A DNA stretch of 64,000 bases. It comes from a virus. The stretch lies in the IMG/VR virus record IMGVR_UViG_3300046804_000544, positions 68,917 to 132,916 of that record; one strand, given 5' to 3'. Position numbers and translations under genes: made by a program. Below the pieces are notes generated by a model that saw only the letters and a program-made list of their open reading frames with translations, was not told the origin of the DNA and did not search any database. Within the stretch, counting starts at the first letter, position 1; the number at the start of each line of letters is the position of its first letter. Of the stretch, positions 8,254-19,700 are shown piece by piece.

Positions 8254-9813
8254 ATGTCAGAAGAAAATAGAAGTCCAGCCGCAAGTTCTCCAACAGACTC
8301 TGGTCCGTTTTTGGCTAAAGTTGTTAGTCACCTCGATCCTACATACATGGGTGCTCTTGAAGTTGAACTACTGCACGAAGTAGGTAATCAAGATGCTAGA
8401 GAAGGGCAATTAAGAACAGTAAGATATCTAAGTCCGTTTTACGGAGTGACTGGGTTTGAATATGTTGGCGAAGATCCCGACGACCACGACAACACTCAAA
8501 AAGCCTATGGTATGTGGTTCGTGCCTCCAGATGTAGGAACTATAGTTGTTTGTATTTTTATTGGTGGCGATGTTCGTAAAGGTTATTGGATGGGATGTGT
8601 TCCTGAAGAAGGAATGAATTTTGCTCTACCAGGATATGCTGCTACTAGTTTTGTAGTAGACGATACAAGAAAAACTAGTACAGAAAAAACAAGGGTTCCA
8701 GTTAGTGAATATAATAAAATTATACATGAACCTAGTACTGATACAACTGCTATCTTTAAACCTGAAAGTTATTTTAGTACAGCTTTAGAATCTCAAGGTC
8801 TATTACGAGACGACACCAGAGGTATCACTACAAGTTCGGCTCGCAGAGAAGTACCGTCTATGGTATTTGGTATATCAACCCCAGGTCCAGTTGACAAAAA
8901 AGGAAAAAAGGATAGTTTTGGTAAACACGAAAGTAAAGTAGCAGCAGGGTTTGTTAGTCGGTTAGGCGGATCAAGTTTTGTCATGGATGATGGTGATGAT
9001 AAATGGGAGCGTAAAACACCGGCTTCAGACGGCCCTCCTGAATATGTCAACGTTGAAGATGGAGAAACTGCTGAACGTGATATTCCGCACAATGAGCTAA
9101 TTAGACTAAGGACTCGAACAGGCCACCAGATACTATTACACAATAGTGAAGATTTAATTTATATAACCAATAGTAAAGGTACTGCATGGATTGAATTTAC
9201 AAGTGATGGTAAAATTGACATTTTTGCAAATGACAGTGTCAGTATTAGAACAAAAGCTGATTTTAATTTTTATGCTGATAGAGATATAAACTTTGAAGCA
9301 AAAAGAAATATTAATATGAAAGCTGGTGAAGAAATGCAAATTGAAACTGGTCTCAATTATAATGTAATTGTAGGAAAAGATGGAAAATTAACATTATCTG
9401 GTAATTTTGATACAAACGCTGGCGGATATATCTATGAAACTTCAGGCGGAGCTAATCATACAAAAGCTGGCGGAAACATAGTTGAAACTGCTTCAGTAAT
9501 TCACATGAACGGTCCTACAGCATCTACGGCTGCAAAAGCAGTTGCACTAAAAACACATAATCTTCCAGATGTAGAAAGTCAAGATGCTAACATGTCTGAA
9601 AAATTATCTATTCTAAGAAGAGTTCCAACTTTTGAACCATATCCTCAACACGAAAATTTAGATCCTACTAAAGTGAAAAAAGAAAAAACAGATAGAGATT
9701 CTGAAGGAAGAACAAGCGGAACAACTTCTACTATGAGTTTTGCAGGCGCAGGATACAAAACTTACAGCACAGAAAAAGATACGTTCAAAAAAGAACCACC
9801 AGTTAAAGAGTAA
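8254..9813 (+). CDS. Baseplate central spike (gp5/VgrG-like, OB fold plus beta-helix)
   Basis: YGMWFVPPDVGTIVVCIFIGGD OB-fold motif; LRTRTGHQILLHNSED and repeated short beta strands; no lysozyme domain recognised. Confidence 0.75.
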   Translation: MSEENRSPAASSPTDSGPFLAKVVSHLDPTYMGALEVELLHEVGNQDAREGQLRTVRYLSPFYGVTGFEYVGEDPDDHDNTQKAYGMWFVPPDVGTIVVCIFIGGDVRKGYWMGCVPEEGMNFALPGYAATSFVVDDTRKTSTEKTRVPVSEYNKIIHEPSTDTTAIFKPESYFSTALESQGLLRDDTRGITTSSARREVPSMVFGISTPGPVDKKGKKDSFGKHESKVAAGFVSRLGGSSFVMDDGDDKWERKTPASDGPPEYVNVEDGETAERDIPHNELIRLRTRTGHQILLHNSEDLIYITNSKGTAWIEFTSDGKIDIFANDSVSIRTKADFNFYADRDINFEAKRNINMKAGEEMQIETGLNYNVIVGKDGKLTLSGNFDTNAGGYIYETSGGANHTKAGGNIVETASVIHMNGPTASTAAKAVALKTHNLPDVESQDANMSEKLSILRRVPTFEPYPQHENLDPTKVKKEKTDRDSEGRTSGTTSTMSFAGAGYKTYSTEKDTFKKEPPVKE

Positions 9814-9816
9814 ATA
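9811..9816 (+). promoter_or_regulatory. Late promoter motif 5 nt before the gp25-like ATG
   Basis: TAAATA overlapping upstream stop, then N5, then ATG 9822. Confidence 0.5.
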
Positions 9817-9821
9817 TTATT

Positions 9822-10265
9822 ATGGTCGCTAATTCTAAATTATATGATAAAATTACTTTGCAAAGCAATAAGCAAAGTCAGTTTGTTCCCGGTACTAAAA
9901 CATATAAAGGGTTTAGTACAGTAGCAAATATAGAAGGTTTTGCCTTATATGATTTAGAGTTAATTAAACAAGATTTGCTTAATAATTTTCATATAAGACT
10001 AGGCGAAAGATTAGAACAACCTGAATTTGGTACAATTATATGGGATATACTATTTGAGCCGTTAACAGAAGAATTGCGTAGTGTTATTATTAAAAATGTA
10101 GAAGCAGTTGTCAACTATGATCCACGCATTCGAGCAGAGCAAATTATAGTATCTGCATACGAACAAGGGATTCAAATTGAATGTGTGTTAGTATATTATC
10201 CTTACAATATTAGAGAATCAATACAGCTTAAATTTGATAAAGATAACGGGCTATTGCTTACCTAA
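9822..10265 (+). CDS. gp25: Baseplate wedge subunit (gp25-like)
   Basis: LIKQDLLNNFHIRLGERLEQPEFGTIIWDILFEP...YDPRI motif of the gp25/GPW family. Confidence 0.9.
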   Translation: MVANSKLYDKITLQSNKQSQFVPGTKTYKGFSTVANIEGFALYDLELIKQDLLNNFHIRLGERLEQPEFGTIIWDILFEPLTEELRSVIIKNVEAVVNYDPRIRAEQIIVSAYEQGIQIECVLVYYPYNIRESIQLKFDKDNGLLLT

Positions 10266-10295
10266 GCAGTAAAATACGCACTTTATAAATTTCAA

Positions 10296-10324
10296 TAAAT
10301 ACCTTATAAAGGGAAATAAGGTAT
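10296..10324 (+). promoter_or_regulatory. Late promoter plus RBS-sequestering hairpin for gp6-like gene
   Basis: TAAATA 10296-10301; perfect 9-bp inverted repeat ATACCTTAT (10299-10307)/ATAAGGTAT (10316-10324) covering AAGG and the AT of the ATG. Confidence 0.7.
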
Positions 10325-13300
10325 GTCAGCAACCGACAGACAAAATAGATTATTAGTAGCAGAAGACTGGAAACGTGTATATCAAAGTTTCCGTAATGCT
10401 GATTTTCAAAGCTATGATTTTGAAAATTTACGTAGAGCAATGATCACTTATATCAGGGAAAATTACCCTGAAGATTACAATGATTACATTGAATCTAGTG
10501 AGTATTTGGCCCTAATTGACCTCATTGCTTTCTTAGGACAAAGCCTTAGTTTCCGTATAGATCTAAATGCTAGAGATAATTTTTTAGAATTATCTGAGCG
10601 TAGAGAAAGCATATTACGCCTAGCAAGATTGCTCAGCTATAATCCTAAACGCAACATAGCCTCTTCTGGATTATTAAAATTTACCACAGTTTCTACAACA
10701 CAAACAGTGTTTGATGCTAACGGTAGAAATTTAGCAGGACAAACAATTACATGGAACGACCCAGCAAACGCCAACTGGTACGATCAATTTATCAAAGTAA
10801 TAAATGCAGCATTACCAGCTGCTAGACAATTTGGAAATCCAGACGATCGAGCGACTATTAACGGGATACCAACTGATCAATATAGATTTCAAGCTATTAA
10901 TACTGACGTACCTTTGTATAGTTTTACAAAAACGGCTGATGGTTTAAATTTACCTTTTGAATTAGTCAGTACTACATTTAAAGGATCTTCAACTATTTAT
11001 GAAGAAGCTCCTTACATAGGTAATAGATTAGCATTTTTATTTAGAAATGATAACAAAGGTTATGGTTCTGTTAACACAGGTTTCTTTTTATTGTTTAAGC
11101 AAGGCACATTAAATCAAGGAACTTTTACAATTACACAACCTAGTACAAACGAAACTATTGATATTGATAGTACAAATATTAATGATAGCGATGTATGGTT
11201 ATATAGATTAGATCAAAATAATTTAGAGTCAGAATACTGGGCTAAAACAGCATCTACTGAAGGTAATAATGTTATCTATAATAGTTTGAATAAAGCAATT
11301 AGAAACATTTATACAGTTGTTACTAGAGCAGGCGATCGAGTAACTTTACAATTTAGCGACGGAACATTTGGAAACCTACCAAGAGGTACATTTAGAGTTT
11401 ACTATAGAAGCAGCATTGGAGTTGGTTATACAATTAATCCAAGAGATATAAGAAATGTTTCAATATCTATACCCTATGTTTCTAATGCTAATCAATCCGA
11501 AGTTTTGACATTAAATTTAAGTTTACAAAATAGTGTTTCTAATAGCGCAGAATCGGAAACTAATTCAAATATTAAAGCAAGAGCCCCGGCCACATACTAT
11601 ACACAAAATCGTATGATTACCGGAGAAGATTATAATATTAGTCCGCTAGCTGCTAGTCAACAAGTTGTTAAAGTAAAAGCACTAAACAGAAGTTCAAGTG
11701 GTATTAGTCGTTATTTTGATCTAGTTGATCCAACAGGAAAATACAGTAAAACTAATCTCTTTGGAGACGACGGTGCAATTTATTCTGAGGAATATTCAGA
11801 CCAATTTAGGTTTACCTATGCAACAAGAACAGACATTGAAGGGATGATTTATAATCAATTGTATGATTTTTTAGAAAAAAAATCGTTAAGAGATTTTTAT
11901 TATAACAAATATTATAAAATTATTACCGGGTCATTGAATGTTGCATGGTACAGTAAAACTGTTGATACTAATCAATCTACAGGATACATTGGAGCTACCG
12001 AAGACACCGTACCTTATAAATTAGGTGTTTATTCCAGCACATTGCTAAGATTTGCAGTGCCAGGATCAATTTTAAAATTTGAAGCACCTGTAATCAACAA
12101 TGTTCAACAGTATTTTGATAAAAGCAATAATAACAACTTAATTACAACAAACGGATTAAATTCTGCAACTTCTCTGTGGTGTAAAATTATTTCTGTTTCT
12201 GGAGACGGTACAAACAATGGAAAAGGTTACTTAGTTTCCGGTGAGGGAACAGTAATGCTTAATGACATTGTGCCTAGTAATGCAATTCTTACACAGATAA
12301 TTCCGGCCTGGCGAACAGTGCTAGATACAAATACAATTACAACAATGGTTGATCTAATATTTGGTAATAAGCCGTTTGGTTTAAGATATGATGTTGAAGA
12401 ACGTAATTGGAAAATTATTTTTGATGTTAACCTTAATACAACAGACGATTTTAGTCTAGGACAGCAAGGGGATAATTCCAATCAAAAGAAAGATTCAAGT
12501 TGGTTAGTATTGTTTACTACTGACACAGAATATTATACCGTTAAATTTAGATTACGTCGATATATTTTTGAAAGCGATCAACAGATTAGATTTTTCTTTG
12601 ATGCTAGTGATAAAATTTATGATACTAGAACTAACACTGTAACCAAAGATAAAATTAAAATTCTAAGCATCAATACACGGCCTGATTCCACTATACCGTT
12701 TACATTTGATCGAGATTGGGAAATTACTGAAGAATTTAGAGGCCTAGACGGATATGTAGATACTAAAAAAATACAGGTAACCTTTAGTGATACTGACGAT
12801 GACGGGGTAGTTGATAATCCTGATATTTTCGATGAAATAGTAAGTCCAAATGTAAATGTAACATCAAAATATGTAGTTTTAGAAAGATACACAATTGAAC
12901 AAGGACAAGAAGACTATAGGTTATTTGATAATTCAAATAGCACAGTTTTGATTTATAATGATGAAACTGAAGTGACTAACTTATCTTTGTTTAATGAAGG
13001 ACAATACTTTTATTTTATCAATGGTGATACTGTTAAAAAATTAGATTTAATTAACGGCTTAGTTGTCAGTTTAGATTATATTGTATATCAAGGACGTAAT
13101 AATTTAAAATTTCAGTACATTCATAATGCAGATTATGAAACAAGAATTGATCCCGGATTAACTAATTTAATTGATGTCTTCATTTTAACAAAACAATACG
13201 ATAAAGAATTTAGAGAATGGTTAGATGGTATTAGAGAGGCTGAACCTTTACCTCCTAGTTCTGATGCACTCTACAATTTATTGTCACCAGAATTGAATAA

Positions 13301-13778
13301 GATTAAGTCAATCAGTGATGAAATAATCTATCACCCTGCAAAATATAAAGTGTTATTTGGCAGTAATGCTAGTAGAGATGTACAGGCAACTTTTAAAATT
13401 GTAAAAAATGCAGAAGTTGTAATAAGTGACAACGATGTTAAATCTAGAGTCATTTCTGCAATCAACGAATTTTTTGCACTGGACAACTGGGACTTTGGGG
13501 ATAATTTTTATTTCTCAGAGTTAACAACTTATGTAATGAATAAATTAGCACCAAACATTGTTACTTTTATTTTAGTGCCTAGAGATGGTGATTTGTCTTT
13601 TGGTAGTTTATTTGAAGTAAGATCTGAAAAAGATCAAATTTTTATTAGTGGTGCTACTGTTGATGATATTGAAATTATTACAGCAGTGACAGCAAGTAAG
13701 TTGCAAGCATCTGGTTCAATAACATTAAACGCAACAGTCACAAACCAACAGGTAATAACAAGTTCAGGAATTAACTAA
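10323..13778 (+). CDS. gp6: Baseplate wedge subunit (gp6-like, extended)
   Basis: DFENLRRAMITYI...DYIESSEYLALIDLIAFLG...ARDNFL...RESILRLARLLSYNPKR N-terminus; RMITGEDY baseplate-J-like motif. Confidence 0.85.
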   Translation: MSATDRQNRLLVAEDWKRVYQSFRNADFQSYDFENLRRAMITYIRENYPEDYNDYIESSEYLALIDLIAFLGQSLSFRIDLNARDNFLELSERRESILRLARLLSYNPKRNIASSGLLKFTTVSTTQTVFDANGRNLAGQTITWNDPANANWYDQFIKVINAALPAARQFGNPDDRATINGIPTDQYRFQAINTDVPLYSFTKTADGLNLPFELVSTTFKGSSTIYEEAPYIGNRLAFLFRNDNKGYGSVNTGFFLLFKQGTLNQGTFTITQPSTNETIDIDSTNINDSDVWLYRLDQNNLESEYWAKTASTEGNNVIYNSLNKAIRNIYTVVTRAGDRVTLQFSDGTFGNLPRGTFRVYYRSSIGVGYTINPRDIRNVSISIPYVSNANQSEVLTLNLSLQNSVSNSAESETNSNIKARAPATYYTQNRMITGEDYNISPLAASQQVVKVKALNRSSSGISRYFDLVDPTGKYSKTNLFGDDGAIYSEEYSDQFRFTYATRTDIEGMIYNQLYDFLEKKSLRDFYYNKYYKIITGSLNVAWYSKTVDTNQSTGYIGATEDTVPYKLGVYSSTLLRFAVPGSILKFEAPVINNVQQYFDKSNNNNLITTNGLNSATSLWCKIISVSGDGTNNGKGYLVSGEGTVMLNDIVPSNAILTQIIPAWRTVLDTNTITTMVDLIFGNKPFGLRYDVEERNWKIIFDVNLNTTDDFSLGQQGDNSNQKKDSSWLVLFTTDTEYYTVKFRLRRYIFESDQQIRFFFDASDKIYDTRTNTVTKDKIKILSINTRPDSTIPFTFDRDWEITEEFRGLDGYVDTKKIQVTFSDTDDDGVVDNPDIFDEIVSPNVNVTSKYVVLERYTIEQGQEDYRLFDNSNSTVLIYNDETEVTNLSLFNEGQYFYFINGDTVKKLDLINGLVVSLDYIVYQGRNNLKFQYIHNADYETRIDPGLTNLIDVFILTKQYDKEFREWLDGIREAEPLPPSSDALYNLLSPELNKIKSISDEIIYHPAKYKVLFGSNASRDVQATFKIVKNAEVVISDNDVKSRVISAINEFFALDNWDFGDNFYFSELTTYVMNKLAPNIVTFILVPRDGDLSFGSLFEVRSEKDQIFISGATVDDIEIITAVTASKLQASGSITLNATVTNQQVITSSGIN

Positions 13779-16700
13779 TGGCTAATCAAAATCAAAGCGA
13801 GTCAGGACTTCCGCTATCAAATCAAAGTAATCGTCAAACTTCTGACCTTCTTCCAAGATATTATAGAACAGATGCTAACAAAAAGTTTTTGTCAGCAACA
13901 TTGGACCAACTGACTAAACCTGGTAAAGTTAAAAAGTTAACTGGATATATTGGTCGAGCCTATGCTAAATCTACTGTAGCTGATGATGTATTTTTACAAG
14001 CATCAACTACTGAACGACAAAATTACCAATTAGAACCTGCGGCTGTAATTCAAGATTATCTTGGAAACGTAACCTTCTTTAAAGACTATATTGATCATAT
14101 GAATCATATTGAAGTCTTTGGCGGAATAGTTAATAATCATGCTAGGGTTAACGAACAAGAGTTTTACAGTTGGGACCCACATATTGATTGGGATAAGTTT
14201 GTTAATTTTGAACAGTATTATTGGTTGCCCGACGGTCCTCCGGCAGTTGAAGTTATAGGTCAAACAGAAGAAATTGAAAGCACATTCACTGTACGTACCG
14301 AAGATGAAGGAGATACGTATGCATATATTTTTACTCCCGACGGGCTTACAAGAAATCCTACATTGACTTTGTATAAAGGGCAAACTTATAAATTTGAAAT
14401 AAACAGCCCTAACAATCCATTCTCAATTAAAACTGCTAGAGTTAGCGGAGATTTAGAAAGATATACGGACGGAGTCAGTGCTAGTGCTATTGAAGAAGGT
14501 GTTATTACTTTTGTAGTTCCTAGAGGAAGTCCTGACGTATTGTATTATGTTAGCGAAGAAGATGCTAATGTTGGCGGAACAATACAAGTTGCTGACATTA
14601 ATGAAAATACATTTTTAGATGTAGACAAAGATATTATAGGTAAAAAAACTTATAAGTTAAAAAACGGTTTATCTTTGTCTAACGGAATGAAATTATATTT
14701 TACAGGCAAAACTAATCCGTCACAGTACAGCACTGGTTACTGGTATGTTGAAGGAGTAGGAAAAGCCATTCAATTAGTTAATGAAAAAGATTTAAGCATT
14801 ATTGGCTCGTATACTGAAGAAGTTAATCAACTTTTTGATGATAGACCGTTTGATAGAGATCCCTTTAGTACAAGTACAGCATATCCGGCTAACAAAGATT
14901 ACATTGTTATTAATCGTGCTAGCCCAGATCGAAATCCATGGAGCCGTTACAATCGTTGGTTCCATCAGGATGTTATTATCCAGTCTGCTGCTAATAACGG
15001 ATCTATTGCAGATTTAGATCAAACTGCTCGTGCTAATAGACCTATTATTGAATTTCAAGCAGGATTAAAACTGTATAATTTTGGTCATAAAGCAAAACTA
15101 GATGTTGATTTAATTGATAATTTTACTACAGATGTGTTTTCTACAGTAGAAGGCTCGTTAGGTTATAATATTGACGGAATAGATTTGGCACAGGGAATGC
15201 GTGTTATTTTTTCTGCGGATCCTGATAGATTTGTAAAAGATAAAATTTTTAATGTTAATTTTATAGAAGTTATTGTACCTAGTAGACAATTTGAATTTTT
15301 AGCAGCTACAGGAGTAGATGTTACTACAGATATTATTACTTGTAATACGCCTCACGGACTTAACACTGGTAATCAAATCACATATTTGAATAATGGAAAT
15401 GCTAGTGTCCAAGGATTAGTCCATAGAAAAATTTATTATGCATATATTATTAATGATACACAATTAAAATTATATACAGATAAATTGTTAACGCAACAAG
15501 TAGATATTTTTAATATTGGAACAGGAGTTCATTCTTTTGAAGTATTTTCGGGTATTCGCCGACAAATTAATCTAGTAGAAGCTGATGACGCAGTTCCTTT
15601 AGAAAATGAAACTGTTATTATTAAACAAGGTACAACAAATCAAGGATCTATGTACTGGTATGATGGTACAGACTGGAAGACTGGCCCTGCAAAAACTTCT
15701 GTAAATAATAATCCTTTATTTGATTTATTTGATAGTAATGGAAACAGCTTTGGAGATACATCAGTTTATGATGGGTCTTCTTTCTCTGGCAACAGAATTT
15801 TTTCTTATAAAGTTGGTACTGGACCTAATGACTCTAGTTTAGGTTTTCCGTTATCCTATCAAAATATTAATAATGTTGGTGATATTAAGTTTGAATTTAA
15901 TTTATTAAATGAGTCTTTCAATTACAAAGAAATAACCCAAGTATTAACTAAGAAAACAAATGTTGGATATTTAAAAGTTATTAAAGATCTAACTAATTTT
16001 GACTACGCTAACGGGTGGGTCACATCTAAAGTAAAAAATACGCAACCAGTTATTAGAGTATTTAAAGAGTCTAATTTAACAAACAATTTTCCAATTGACG
16101 TGTTTGACTATAAAGATAAATTAAGTGATCTTGAAGTTCGAGTGTATATTAACGGGGTTCGTCAAGATAAAGATACTTATTCAGTAATAGACAGCACTGT
16201 TTATAAAAAAGTTCTGCTAGCAAAAGACGTATTGTTAACAGACATAGTTACATTAAAATGTTATACTGCTCAGCCTGCAAACAGTGTTGGATATTATGAA
16301 GTTCCTGTTAGTTTACAAAATAATCCAGGTAACAAAGATTTAGTGAATTTTACTCTAGGCGAAGTTATTAATCACGTTGATTCAATAATTGATAATTTAC
16401 CAGCTATACAAGGAGAATATCCTGGTTATAGCAATCTAAGAGATTTAGGATTTGTAACACCGTACGGCGTAAGATTTGTTCAACATAGTAGTCCGTTAAA
16501 TTTTGCATTATATCATTTAGGCAGTAAATCTGAAAATATTTTTAAAGCTATTGATCAATCTAGAGAAGACTACAATAGATTTAAAAAATTATTTTTAAAC
16601 AAAGCGTTTGATGCAGCAATTTATACAGAACCTAGAGCGTTTGTTGATTACATTTTAACAGAAATGTTAAAAGATAAACCCAAGACAGATAGTTATTATT

Positions 16701-19700
16701 TGTCAGATATGTTTGCATATTCTGGAGCAAAAGTTTTATCATATACTGTATTAGATGCAACAGTTAAAACATATCCGTTAACTGCTCATTTTGATTTGGA
16801 TACATTATCAAATAAAGCAGTAGGAATTTATTTAAATGGCGAACAGTTATTGCAAGGCAGAGATTATACGTTTGGCACTGAAAATTTCTTTACAATAACA
16901 GCTAATTTATCTGAAGATGATATCATTGAAGTTTATGAGTACGAAAGCACCGACGGAAGTTTTTGCCCTCCAACCCCTACTAAATTGGGATTGTTTCCAT
17001 TATACGAACCTGAAATATTTCTTGACAACACATACCTAACCCCGCAAACAGTTATAAGGGGACATGATGGCAGCATTGTTGTTGGTTATAATGATTATAG
17101 AGACAACCTTTTATTAGAATTAGAAAAACGAATTTTTAATAATATTAAGATAAAATACAATCCTGATATTTTTGATATCTATGATTTAATTCCGGCGTAC
17201 GAAAAAACTCAAACATATACTAGGGCAGAGTATAATCAAGTACTAAGTCAGTTTTATTATCAATGGATTAACAATGCCAGTATTAACAATAATATATCTT
17301 ATGAAGGTGATGTTGATATAACTTTTGGATATAGCTACGATCAATCATATGCAATAAATGGCGAAAATGTTCCTGCATATTGGAGAGGAATTTATTTATG
17401 GATGTTTGGAACAGATAGTCCGCATACACGCCCCTGGGAGTGTTTAGGTTTTAGCATTAAACCTCTGTGGTGGGAATCGGTATACGGTCCAGCCCCATAT
17501 ACCAGCAACAACTATATTTTATGGGATGATATTGCAAACGGATTAATTCGAGAACCAGGAAAGCCTGTTAGAACAAATTTAAAATTTGCAAGGAGCGCAT
17601 TAACATCTGGACTTCCAGTTGACGAAGACGGAAAATTAATTAGCCCGTTATATTCTAATTTTATACTCGGCTCCTACAACCCAACTACGGCCGACAACTA
17701 CGTATTCGGAGATGTTGGACCAATTGAGACCGCATGGCGCAGAAGTAGTAACTATCCATTTGCTATAATTCAAACAGCATTATTATTGCAACCTAATAAA
17801 ATATTAGGAACATGTTTAGATAGAAGCAGAATAATTAAATCAAAAACAAATCAGTTAATTTATTCTGATACCGGTGTAAGAGTTAGATTAGAAGATCTTG
17901 TTCTTCCATCTACTGCTAGTTCTAATACAAGAACTTTTACTAGTGGTTTGTTAAATTATGTAGTTGATTATCTAACCAGTAGCTTGACTTCAAACTTAGA
18001 AACTTACAAGTCTAATCTAACTAATTTAACAAATAAAATTACATCTAAACTAGGAGGATTTACTACTAAAGAAAAATATAGATTACTATTAGATAGCAAA
18101 AATCCTTTAAGTTCAGGCGGAGTATTTGTTCCTGAAGAAAGTTATAATTTATTTCTTAATACTAGTTCTGCTATTAAACGAGTATCTTATAGTGGCATAA
18201 TCGTTACTTTAGGAACATCTGGAAAATATGAAGTTAGAGGGTATGATATCGATCGTCCCTATTTTGTAACATATTCTCCTATCGAACTAGGAAAATATAT
18301 TAACATTGGAGGCATCTCAGAAAGCTATCTTAACTGGGATACTGAAAAATATTATCTATCTGGAAAAGTTACCAAATACAACGGAAATTATTATAGAGTA
18401 AAGATATCACATACCAGCACTGACAAGTTTAATACCGAATACTTTGTAAAGCTACCAAGCCTGCCGTTAATGGGAGGAGTTGATGCATATCTTCCAAACA
18501 AATGGAATTTTAGCCAACCTATTGTAGTTCCATACGGCACTACGTTTTCATCACGTCAAGATGTGGTAACTTTTATACTAGGTTACGGAGCGTATCTAAA
18601 ATCTCAAGGTTTTGTATTTGATGATTACAATCCAGAATACAAACTTATTGACAATTGGGAAACTAGCACAAAGGAATTTTTATTCTGGACAACACAGAAT
18701 TGGGCAGTAAATTCTGCAATAGCATTAAGTCCATTGTCTAAGAAATTAATTTTTACCCCAACTGAAACTAGTGTTGTTGGAAATATTAGAGATGACTTTT
18801 ACAATTATAGCATTTTTAGAGCCGATGGACAAAAGTTAAATGCAGAATTTACCAATACATTTAGAGAAGAAAGCACATTTACACTTAGTCCTAAAAATAC
18901 TAATCATGGCATTTACGGTGCAGTGCTATATTTGTTACAAAAAGAACATGTGTTGTTATTAGAAAATCGTACGTTGTTTAATGATGTCATCTACGACCAA
19001 GAGCCAGGATTTAGACAGGAAAAAATTAAAGTATTAGGTTACATTACTAGCTACTGGTCTGGAGGATTAGATAGTCCAGGTTTTATTTTTGACGAAGCAA
19101 AAATAACAGAATGGCAACCCTATCAAGATTATTATTTAGGCGAAACTGTTCAATATAAACAATTTTACTATGTAGCTAATAGGTTCGTCAACGGCAGTGA
19201 CAGCTTCCAAATGACTGATTCTAATAGGAATGTAAATTGGATTAAAATAGATGAAAAGCCAAAAGCAAAATTATTACCTAATTGGGATTATAAAGTAGAA
19301 CAGTTTACTGATTTTTATGATTTAGATACAGACAACTTTGACACTGAACAGCAAAGATTAGCGCAACATTTAATTGGTTATCAAAAGCGTCAATACCTTG
19401 AAAATATTATTAACGATGATGTAAGTCAATATAAATTTTATCAAGGAATGATTATCGAAAAAGGAACACAAAATGTTCTAAATAAACTTTTTGATGTATT
19501 AAGCGCAGATGGCGAGGAAAGTTTAGAATTTTATGAAGAATGGGCTGTGCGTGTTGGTGAATACGGCGGCATTGAAATTTATGATGAAATTGAGTTTAAA
19601 TTAGACGAAAGTTTGTTTAAATTAAATCCTCAACCGTTTGAATTAACATCAACAAATTCTAATATAAATGATTTCATCATTAAGCAACTGCCAACTGACA

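Noticed and set aside
8254-9813. Lysozyme domain in the gp5-like spike
   Set aside because: No T4-lysozyme or other muralytic motif recognised; lysozyme-less spikes are common.
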